64,000 nt of DNA, taken from a bacterium. GTDB taxonomy: Bacteria; Electryoneota; Electryoneia; Electryoneales; Electryoneaceae. This document shows positions 49,869-57,685 of this stretch, one piece after another. Location: NCBI GenBank assembly GCA_963675295.2, contig CAXXKJ010000002.1, forward strand, positions 1,728,001 through 1,792,000, written 5' to 3'. Both the position numbers and the translations under genes were made by a program. Below the pieces are notes generated by a model. It searched no databases. It was not told the origin of the DNA and saw only the letters and a program-made list of their open reading frames with translations. Each line of letters starts with the position of its first letter. Position 1 is the first letter of the stretch.

Positions 49869-50486
49869 ATGAGCCGGACTGTCGGCATCGCGATCTTTGC
49901 CTCGGGACGGGGCAGCAACGCGCGCTCCCTGCTGCAAGCGTGCTCGGACGGCTACCTCAACGCGCGCGGTGTGTTGATCATCTCGAACCATGCGGATGCC
50001 GGTGTGCACGAAATCGCGAAGGAGTTCGGTGTCCCGAGTCAGACCATCAGCCGTGACCAGTTCGAGGATGGGAAAGCGTTCGCGGACGCGTTGCTTACCA
50101 CGTTGAAGGACGCGAAAGCCGAGCTGATCTGCCTGGCGGGGTACATGCGTAAAATGCCGCCGGCGTTGATCCGGGCGTACGAGGGCGCGATGCTCAACAT
50201 TCACCCGGCGTTGTTGCCGAAGTTCGGCGGCAAGGGGATGTACGGGTTGAATGTGCACCAGGCCGTGATCGAGGCGGGAGAGCAGCAGACCGGCGTGACG
50301 GTGCATTACGTCAACGAGAAGTACGACGAAGGCGCGATCCTGCTGCAGCGGGGCGGTGTGCTGGTTAAAAAGGACGATACGCCGGAATCGCTCGCCGCTC
50401 GTGTGCTCGACCTCGAGCACCGGCTGTACCCGGAAGCGGTGCACAAGTGGCTTGACCTGTTCGCCGGTGCGCGGCAGGTGTGTTGA
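49869..50486 (+). CDS. purN: Phosphoribosylglycinamide formyltransferase
   Basis: ASGRGSN, LAGYMR, NIHPALLPKFGG, GVTVHYVNEKYDEG, LEHRLYP. Confidence 0.96.
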   Translation: MSRTVGIAIFASGRGSNARSLLQACSDGYLNARGVLIISNHADAGVHEIAKEFGVPSQTISRDQFEDGKAFADALLTTLKDAKAELICLAGYMRKMPPALIRAYEGAMLNIHPALLPKFGGKGMYGLNVHQAVIEAGEQQTGVTVHYVNEKYDEGAILLQRGGVLVKKDDTPESLAARVLDLEHRLYPEAVHKWLDLFAGARQVC

Positions 50487-50502
50487 AGCCGTCACGAATT
50501 CA

Positions 50503-50539
50503 ACTGAGGGGACACTTACGGAGTAAGGGTCCCCTCAGT
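50503..50539. repeat. Near-perfect inverted repeat downstream of purN
   Basis: ACTGAGGGGAC-ACTTAC-gga-GTAAGG-GTCCCCTCAGT. Confidence 0.65.
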
Positions 50540-50645
50540 CGCTTAACGTCACATCGGATAGATACGACAATCCAGGACACTTTCAGAAAAGCGTCCCGGC
50601 TGAGTCTTGCTCTTCAGCTTTGTCTTTGTCGTCTGATATTGAAAC

Positions 50646-50681
50646 AGCCCTTACCACGGACTTAAGTCCGTGGTAAGGGCG
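50646..50681. repeat. 36-bp target-site duplication, left copy (34-bp perfect palindrome)
   Basis: AGCCCTTACCACGGACTTAAGTCCGTGGTAAGGGCG. Confidence 0.92.
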
Positions 50682-52295
50682 CAGACTGCTGACAAACCCC
50701 GTCATTTGATGGGGTTTGTTTTGTATTCACACGGCACATCCTACTGGTTGGATTTGTGGTATAGTTGGCAGGTTGTGTTTGGTTCTTCGCTCGATTTTTC
50801 TGTCGAGACCGTTGAGCGTGGTGCGCTGGGATAGAAGACCGGCTAAATAGGTCCATAGTCTTGAGATAGAGGGGTGTTTCGCCATTGTCATGGCGATCTT
50901 CTTCATGTTCTGGCAGGCGGCGGACAGCAGGCATTGTTCACGTGCTCCGGCTATCGAGCGCAGCCGGGCATAGCGATGGCCATACAGTTGTTTGGCTTCG
51001 CCGAAGCTGCGTTCGACCGTCTCCCGTCGTCGCCGGTACGTGGCCCGTCCGCGTTCTGTCCGAGCGGTCGCGATCATCTTTTCACGGCTGGCCTGCCACA
51101 CGTGCCGGGTGACCACCTTGCGGTGATTGGCGCTTTCGGTGCATTGCTGCAACAGGGGACAGAGGACACAGCACGACGGGTCGGAAACATATTCCTGGTA
51201 GCCTTCACGTGTCGTCGTGCGATACGGTAGTGTCTGGCCGCCGGGACAGTGGTAGACATCCCCCAGCGAATCGTACACAAACAGTCGTTTTGCCAGCATT
51301 CCCTTCTTGCGTGTCGTACGTACCGAGCCGATCACGCCGTCGATCTTTCGATCCTCCAGCCCCTTGCAGATGGCGGCGGTATTGTAGCCGGCGTCGTGAC
51401 CGACCCTTTCCACCGGGAAGTGGAATTTGCAGATCTGCGCATCGAGGCGCTCAAGGTAGGGGGTGCTGTCATGCACATTGCCGGGGGTGACATGCGTGTC
51501 GGTGATGATTCCGGCCTTGTTGTCTACGGTACGGTGGTCAAGGTAGAAAAAGCCCTGCGGCTTGCCGTCCCGCACCATGAAGCCGCTGTCCGGATCGGTG
51601 GTGCTGACCTTGATTTCCTTTGTCGCCGGCGGTGATGAATCGTCATTGTCACGTTTCTTCAGTGGCTTTTTGCCATGCGCCAGGCGATCCGCATCCACCG
51701 CCTCTTCCAGATCGGACAGATACGACTTCGTCGCCACTGTCACCTGCCGCTTCTTGAACTTCTTCTTGTTCGCGCTGGCTTTCAGGTGCGTCGAATCGGT
51801 GAACAAGACCCGGCCATCGACCAGGCCACGACGGATCGCCAGCAGCACGATCTCGTCGAAGATCTCCTGGAAGATGGTGCTTTCACGGAAACGGCGTCGT
51901 CGATTCTGGCTGATCGTGGACGCGTCCGGCACCTTGTCACGCAGATCCAGCCCGAGGAACCAGCGATAGGCAACATTGACCTGGATCTCACGCACCAGCT
52001 GACGCTCGGACCGAATTCCGTACAGGTAACCGATGAACAACATCTTGAACAGAAGGACAGGGTCAACAGCCGGACGGCCATTGTCGGCGCTGTAGAGATG
52101 CTTTACACGATCCCGGATAAACGAAAAATCAATTGCCGCATCAATCTTCCGCAAAAGATGATCGTCCGGGACCAAATCGTCAATGTAAATAAGCTCCGCT
52201 GCGCTTTGATGAGCTTTGGAAGTAGGTAGCATCTACAAAGATACAAAACAAATCCCCACAGGTCGAGAGCCCGTGGGGACTTTGTCAGCAGTCTG
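50682..52295 (-). mobile_element. IS1182 family insertion sequence
   Basis: 15-bp perfect terminal inverted repeats CAGACTGCTGACAAA (50682-50696) / TTTGTCAGCAGTCTG (52281-52295), a single transposase and flanking direct repeats. Confidence 0.93.
50727..52232 (-). CDS. IS1182 family DDE transposase
   Basis: DDLVPDDHLLRKID, GRPAVDP, GIRSERQL, VPDASTISQNR, DSTHLKA, STTDPDSG, DAGY, RRETVERSFGEAK. Confidence 0.94.
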   Translation of the reverse strand: MLPTSKAHQSAAELIYIDDLVPDDHLLRKIDAAIDFSFIRDRVKHLYSADNGRPAVDPVLLFKMLFIGYLYGIRSERQLVREIQVNVAYRWFLGLDLRDKVPDASTISQNRRRRFRESTIFQEIFDEIVLLAIRRGLVDGRVLFTDSTHLKASANKKKFKKRQVTVATKSYLSDLEEAVDADRLAHGKKPLKKRDNDDSSPPATKEIKVSTTDPDSGFMVRDGKPQGFFYLDHRTVDNKAGIITDTHVTPGNVHDSTPYLERLDAQICKFHFPVERVGHDAGYNTAAICKGLEDRKIDGVIGSVRTTRKKGMLAKRLFVYDSLGDVYHCPGGQTLPYRTTTREGYQEYVSDPSCCVLCPLLQQCTESANHRKVVTRHVWQASREKMIATARTERGRATYRRRRETVERSFGEAKQLYGHRYARLRSIAGAREQCLLSAACQNMKKIAMTMAKHPSISRLWTYLAGLLSQRTTLNGLDRKIERRTKHNLPTIPQIQPVGCAV

Positions 52296-52331
52296 AGCCC
52301 TTACCACGGACTTAAGTCCGTGGTAAGGGCG
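52296..52331. repeat. 36-bp target-site duplication, right copy
   Basis: Identical to 50646-50681. Confidence 0.92.
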
Positions 52332-52350
52332 AGTGCCGTAAGGTGTTTTA

Positions 52351-52378
52351 CTCTTACCTCACACCTCATCACTCACAC
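52351..52378. repeat. Heptamer tract (CTCACAC-like x4)
   Basis: ctcttac ctcacac ctcatca ctcacac, next to the M16 stop codon. Confidence 0.55.
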
Positions 52379-52388
52379 CTGCAGTTCG

Positions 52389-53834
52389 TCACATCTCCGT
52401 CTTGAACTCGTCGATGCTCTTGACGGTGACGCTGCCGACTTCTTCCAGCATCGGCTTGACGACTTCGGCGTTTCCGACGACCACGATCCGCACCATGTCC
52501 GGGTGCAGGTATTTCTTCGCCATCGCGTTGATGTCATCGAGGTCCACCGCCGCCATCTTCTTGCGATAGTTGGCGATGTACTCGTCCGGGTCCCCGAGAT
52601 TGAGGATCAGCGCGTTCTGGAACTGTCCGGCGACCTGGGACGGCGTCTCAAAGCGGCGCGGGTAGGAACCGAGCATGTACGCCTTCGCGTCGCGCAGTTC
52701 TTCTTCGGTGAAACCGTTTTCGACTGCTTCCTCCATCAGCCGCAGCGATTCGGTGATGAACTGACCGGTACCGTTGTTCTTGGTTGAACCAGAGATGGAG
52801 TAGGCCGCGTTCTGCACACGAGCGTCGAGGCCGGAATAGATCCCGTAGGTCAGGCCGAGCTCGGTGCGGACACGTTTCATCAGACGGCTGGAGAAGCCGC
52901 CACCGCCGTAGATGTAGTCCATCAGGTTGAACGCGTACATGTCGTCGCCGAGGTTGTACGGGCCGAGAATGTAGCCCATCCGGACCTCGGACTGGACGGC
53001 GTTCGGGTCGTCGATCAGCAGGATCTGGCGGCCTTCACCCGGTTCGGCACCGGCCATCAAGACCTGCGGCGGATTGTTACCTAGCCAGCCACTGAAATAC
53101 TTCTGCACCAGTTTCTGCGCGTCCTTGTACTCAAAGTCGCCGGACAGCAGCATGACAGCATGACCGGGCACGATCAACCGCTGATGCTGCATCACGAGAT
53201 CGTCACGGGTGAACGCCTGCACGCTCTCGACGGTACCAACCGTTGGCTGTGAGTACGGATGGTCGCCGTACACCCACTTGTTCCACTGTTCGTCCGCGAT
53301 GGTGCTCGGGTTGTCGACGTTTGTCATCAGGCCACTGACACGCTGCATGCGCAAACGCTCAATTTCCTCGTCCGGGAAAGTCGGGTTCATCAGCGCATCG
53401 GCCATCAACTCGAAGGCGAGTTCCATGTCACGCGACATCACGCCGCACGTCATGTAGATCGTGTTGTTCCCAGCGCCGGTATTAATCGATCCGCCGACGA
53501 AATCAATCGTTTCGGCGATATCGGTCGCGGAACGTGATTCCGTGCCCTTGAGCAGCATGTCGGCCATGAAATTGTTGAGACCGGGCTTCTCCATCGGGTT
53601 GAACAGCTTTCCAGCGGGAAACATGATGCGCACGTTCACCAGCGGCAGCTCATCGTCGGGGATGTAATAAACCTGCATCCTGTTGTCGAGCGACTTGTGC
53701 TTGAAATCCGGCAGCTTGACCGGGTCAACGTCAAACGTCTGGCTCGGTGTGTAGGGCGGGACGACATCATCATCCGCGAAGCCCAGCGGCGCGAGCAGCG
53801 CCACGACCAGCAAGGAGAGAATCAGTTGTTTCAT
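52389..53834 (-). CDS. M16 family peptidase, non-catalytic (beta-like) subunit
   Basis: ELPLV, MLLKGT, GDHPY, GGGGFSSRLMKRVRTELGLTY; lacks HxxEH. Confidence 0.9.
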   Translation of the reverse strand: MKQLILSLLVVALLAPLGFADDDVVPPYTPSQTFDVDPVKLPDFKHKSLDNRMQVYYIPDDELPLVNVRIMFPAGKLFNPMEKPGLNNFMADMLLKGTESRSATDIAETIDFVGGSINTGAGNNTIYMTCGVMSRDMELAFELMADALMNPTFPDEEIERLRMQRVSGLMTNVDNPSTIADEQWNKWVYGDHPYSQPTVGTVESVQAFTRDDLVMQHQRLIVPGHAVMLLSGDFEYKDAQKLVQKYFSGWLGNNPPQVLMAGAEPGEGRQILLIDDPNAVQSEVRMGYILGPYNLGDDMYAFNLMDYIYGGGGFSSRLMKRVRTELGLTYGIYSGLDARVQNAAYSISGSTKNNGTGQFITESLRLMEEAVENGFTEEELRDAKAYMLGSYPRRFETPSQVAGQFQNALILNLGDPDEYIANYRKKMAAVDLDDINAMAKKYLHPDMVRIVVVGNAEVVKPMLEEVGSVTVKSIDEFKTEM

Positions 53835-55216
53835 TGGTCCATCTCCCCGGTTTCAGTGGTTTCAGCGGAGAAATCGACGGGGTCGACTTCGTTGTCCGGT
53901 ACGAGGATCACGGTGGTGCGGTTGATCGGACGGAAGTACTTCGCGACGACACGCATCACGTCTTCGGCGGTCACGTTCTTCGTTGCTTCCATCTGGCGCA
54001 GGCCCATCTCCCAGTCGCCATTGTACATCATGTACGCTTCGCCAAGGGAAGATGCCTTGCCGTAGTTGGTCTGCATCATCGAGTAGAAGTCCGCTTCCAG
54101 CTGGTTCTTCGCTTTCTGCAGTTCCTTGTCGCTGACGGGATTGGTCGCCATGTCTTCAATCGTGCCGAAGAGGACGGCTTCCGCTTCTTCGATGTCACGG
54201 CCGGCATTCACGCCGATGTAGGTCATGAACAAGCCCGGGTCGGCGAGGACGTAGAGACTGCCGCCGGCAAAACGGGCGACCTGTTCTTCGTAGACGCACT
54301 TCTTGTACAGCCTGGACGATTCCCCGTCGCTGAGGATCTTCTCGACCACCTGCAGCACCGGGATATCATTGTGCGACGCCGCTGGGGTGTGGTAAGCCGC
54401 GAACAGGAACGGCAACTGCGCGGGACGGTGGAACTCGATCCGGCGTTCGCCACGTTGCGGCGGTTCCTGCGTCTTTGCCATCACCGGCAGCGGCTGCGCC
54501 GGGATCGGGCCGTGGTACTTCTCGACCAGCTCAATCGCTTCGTCCGGATCGAAATCACCAGCGACAATCGCGACGGCGTTGTTCGGCGCGTAATAGGTCT
54601 TGTGGAACCACTGCAAATCTTCCATCCGGTAGTTCTGGATGTCGCTCATCCAGCCGATCACCGGCCAGTTGTACGGATGGGCGCGGAACACGTTCGTCAT
54701 CAGCTCTTCAACCGCCGACCCGTACAGGCTGTTGTCGACGCGCTGACGGCGTTCCTCGGTGACGACCTGCTGCTCCGGCAGGAAGGTTTCCTCGTTGATC
54801 GTGAGGTTGGCCTGCCGTTCGGCTTCGAGGTGGATCACCAGCTCGAGGTGTTCTGCGGAAATGTTTTCAAAGTAGGCGGTGCGGTCATACCACGTGTTCG
54901 CGTTCAGGCTGCCGCCGTTGGCCTTGACGATGTTCGCGTGTTCTTCCGGACCGTACTTTGCCGATCCACGGAACATCATGTGTTCGAACATGTGCGCCAT
55001 ACCGGTGATGCCGGGGCGTTCATTGCGGCTGCCGACGTTGTAATACACCATGTAGCTGATGATCGGGGCACTGTGGTCCTCGATCATGAGCAGCCGCATG
55101 CCGTTGTCCAGCACATGCTCCTGCACGTCGAGCAGGTCCATGATGTCATCGCTGGCAAAGCTCGCGGACGCGAACAGCAGCAACGCCATCAAGACCGGGG
55201 TCAGGATGCGTTTCAT
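53831..55216 (-). CDS. M16 family zinc peptidase, catalytic subunit
   Basis: VGSRNE..GITGMAHMFEHMMFRG (HxxEH), NANTWYDRT, EERRQR, HPYNWPVIG; start ATG 55216 after GGAGG. Confidence 0.93.
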   Translation of the reverse strand: MKRILTPVLMALLLFASASFASDDIMDLLDVQEHVLDNGMRLLMIEDHSAPIISYMVYYNVGSRNERPGITGMAHMFEHMMFRGSAKYGPEEHANIVKANGGSLNANTWYDRTAYFENISAEHLELVIHLEAERQANLTINEETFLPEQQVVTEERRQRVDNSLYGSAVEELMTNVFRAHPYNWPVIGWMSDIQNYRMEDLQWFHKTYYAPNNAVAIVAGDFDPDEAIELVEKYHGPIPAQPLPVMAKTQEPPQRGERRIEFHRPAQLPFLFAAYHTPAASHNDIPVLQVVEKILSDGESSRLYKKCVYEEQVARFAGGSLYVLADPGLFMTYIGVNAGRDIEEAEAVLFGTIEDMATNPVSDKELQKAKNQLEADFYSMMQTNYGKASSLGEAYMMYNGDWEMGLRQMEATKNVTAEDVMRVVAKYFRPINRTTVILVPDNEVDPVDFSAETTETGEMDQ

Positions 55217-55423
55217 CCAGTTTCCTCCACTCAGGTCGTTGTTACCACGTTGGTTATCGTTCAAGTTCTGGTTGATCTCAGGTTGGAACACAGGAACCTC
55301 GCCACACCCAGCCCGAGGGTATGCGAGTGATGAATCCCTAGTATAGCGTTTTGACCGGTCGGATGGGGGAGCGGTTACTCATGGTGGAGCGTTGTCGTAG
55401 ATCCAGATCCCAGTCATGACATG

Positions 55424-55453
55424 AAAAATGCCACAGAATTGTAGTCTGTGGCA
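55424..55453 (-). terminator. Rho-independent terminator after the CTD gene array
   Basis: Minus strand TGCCACAGA-ctacaat-TCTGTGGCA-TTTTT. Confidence 0.75.
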
Positions 55454-55480
55454 ATCGCATCTCTTTCGGTTGACAAATCC

Positions 55481-57295
55481 TTACTTCATCAACACCAGCT
55501 TGCGTTCGAACGATTGTTCGTCGGCGGTGGCTTTGAGGTAATACGTCCCGGACGCAAGGTTGCTGCCGTCGAACGTAACCTCGTACGCTCCCGCCGGATA
55601 TGCACCTTCAGCCAGCGTTGCGACATGCCGGCCGAGTACGTCGAACACGTCCAGTTTCATGTCAGACGGGTGTGGCAGAGCGTAGTGGATGGTGGTTTGT
55701 GCGTTGAACGGATTCGGACTAGCCTGAACTTGAAGCGAATAGTTTGATTCTGAATCAGGCTTAAGTAATGCCTCAGTAATGAACTCGCCACAAGCATACC
55801 AGGAATTTGCCGGTGCTTCCTCTTCAGCGGTTCCAGCTTTCGTAAACGAGAAAGAGTTACTTGCATGAAGGGAATTCGGAAATCCTGCGTGACCACGGAA
55901 CTGATACCTTCCACTGGGTGCAAACGGGGGGATATCCTGATGAAGAACTGGAGAATTGTAGTCCATAAACGGAGTCAAGTTGAATTGCTGCTGGTAAGTG
56001 GGTCCATAAATGGTCGCATTGGGCAAAATGATGTCCGTCCAATACAGCAGACCATTCATTGAAGCGGGAATCGAACTTTGTAAATGAACGTAATAGGATA
56101 ATGTACCTCCTGTGGCCGGGAATTCCGTGGTAGATACCGGGTATAATGAGATGGATACTGGTAATTCAGATTCAAGCGATATCATTAGCCAATCCTGCAT
56201 TCCATTACCAATCGATTCGGTGTATCCGGCCGCGTAAACTCCACCTGTAGCATTCTCTACTAAAGAAACACAACGTTCATCACCAGTTTGTTCAGCAATA
56301 AACTCCCATAAGACATCACCCGTAGCGTCTGTCTTGAAGATCCAGGCTTGGTTTCCAGAATACCGTCCACCGATAAGATACCCGCCGTCCTGGGTGGTAC
56401 AGATACCGCGTCCATTGCAGTGATCAAACTCTGGACCATGGAATACCACATCTTCTATCTGGCCGATGGAATCAGCGAAGAATTGCACGCAATGGAAATA
56501 GTCGTCAGAACTATCGCCAACAAGACAAAGACCGCTATCTGGTCGAATGACAATATCATGAAATTCTTGATAGTATTGATCACCAAAGAGTGTTTCATTC
56601 AATACTTGACCATTTTGATCAACAACTAATAAATAGCCATCCTCTTGAAAATCATTCATGATAATAGTGGTGCCAGCAATGGCTATGTTGCCATTTGGGT
56701 AGGTTACGTGATCCATCGGCACAACATAGTCCCATCCAACAGGATGTGGTATTGTATATTCTTCAAGCACATTTCCGGATTCATCCGTTTTGATTAGAAT
56801 AACATCTCCTGCTTCACTAGATGTCGTAATAGAAAATCCTCCACCGGGCTCAAGACTTACACTCTGGAATGCCATACCAAATAGATCAGAAAAGAATCCA
56901 TAGTCATATGTATTCAACCACAACTGGTTGCCTTGATTATCAGTGCGAATCATAACAGAACTAATGTCTACGCCATTCGTGGTCCCGCCTACGAGTACAA
57001 ATCCACCGCCTGGTACTTGAATTGCGTTTACACACCAAGTGAATAGACTTTCGACGTATTGATGAGCCCAGACAATTTGCCCGTCAGAGTTAACCTTCAT
57101 GAGGGTGGCACAGTTGTCGGGTCCGCCGAGCGAACCGGCAAAAACAGCTCCACCATCTTGGGTGTTCATGACCTCTTCACAGTAGTCATCGTTCGGAGTC
57201 CCATATGGATTCATCCAAAGCAGGCCGGGTTGAGCAACCACAGGTTGGTAAAAAACAGCAAGACTGACGAGTATCATCCAATAGCGGATCATCAT
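55481..57295 (-). CDS. Secreted beta-propeller-like protein with Ig-like domain and T9SS CTD
   Basis: Signal peptide; repeats such as TQDGG.VFAG and LIKTD..G...W; C-terminal PNPFN...FDVLGRHV...SGTYYL...KLVLMK. Confidence 0.82.
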   Translation of the reverse strand: MMIRYWMILVSLAVFYQPVVAQPGLLWMNPYGTPNDDYCEEVMNTQDGGAVFAGSLGGPDNCATLMKVNSDGQIVWAHQYVESLFTWCVNAIQVPGGGFVLVGGTTNGVDISSVMIRTDNQGNQLWLNTYDYGFFSDLFGMAFQSVSLEPGGGFSITTSSEAGDVILIKTDESGNVLEEYTIPHPVGWDYVVPMDHVTYPNGNIAIAGTTIIMNDFQEDGYLLVVDQNGQVLNETLFGDQYYQEFHDIVIRPDSGLCLVGDSSDDYFHCVQFFADSIGQIEDVVFHGPEFDHCNGRGICTTQDGGYLIGGRYSGNQAWIFKTDATGDVLWEFIAEQTGDERCVSLVENATGGVYAAGYTESIGNGMQDWLMISLESELPVSISLYPVSTTEFPATGGTLSYYVHLQSSIPASMNGLLYWTDIILPNATIYGPTYQQQFNLTPFMDYNSPVLHQDIPPFAPSGRYQFRGHAGFPNSLHASNSFSFTKAGTAEEEAPANSWYACGEFITEALLKPDSESNYSLQVQASPNPFNAQTTIHYALPHPSDMKLDVFDVLGRHVATLAEGAYPAGAYEVTFDGSNLASGTYYLKATADEQSFERKLVLMK

Positions 57296-57685
57296 ACCAT
57301 CCCCCGTATCTCTACGAATACAAACTGCCCAAAGACGTCAGAAAATAGGGTGATTCAATAACAAATCCCAAATACAATTAGAAATCCTATCAAATGCTTG
57401 CGAGATGAACATTTACCTAAGTGTAATAAAATTCTGAATTTGGTTTGTTAGGGGAGTTTACCTTAAGAGGAATCAGCCATACCACTTTGAACAAGAAGTG
57501 AATTGGTATAGATAAATCATCTAACAATAAATTGTAATAATAAATGTAACTATACAAATATATATGAACATAAGAGGGCAAGCGTAAACCATTAATTCAT
57601 TGTTTGGGCTTCCAATGCCTGTTACATGAAAGCATCCAGTCGTATCCCGTGAGTATGGCAACCCAGAAATCTGCACGAATCGTGT

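Noticed and set aside
53747-55330. 527-aa plus-strand ORF
   Set aside because: Antisense shadow of the M16 catalytic subunit.
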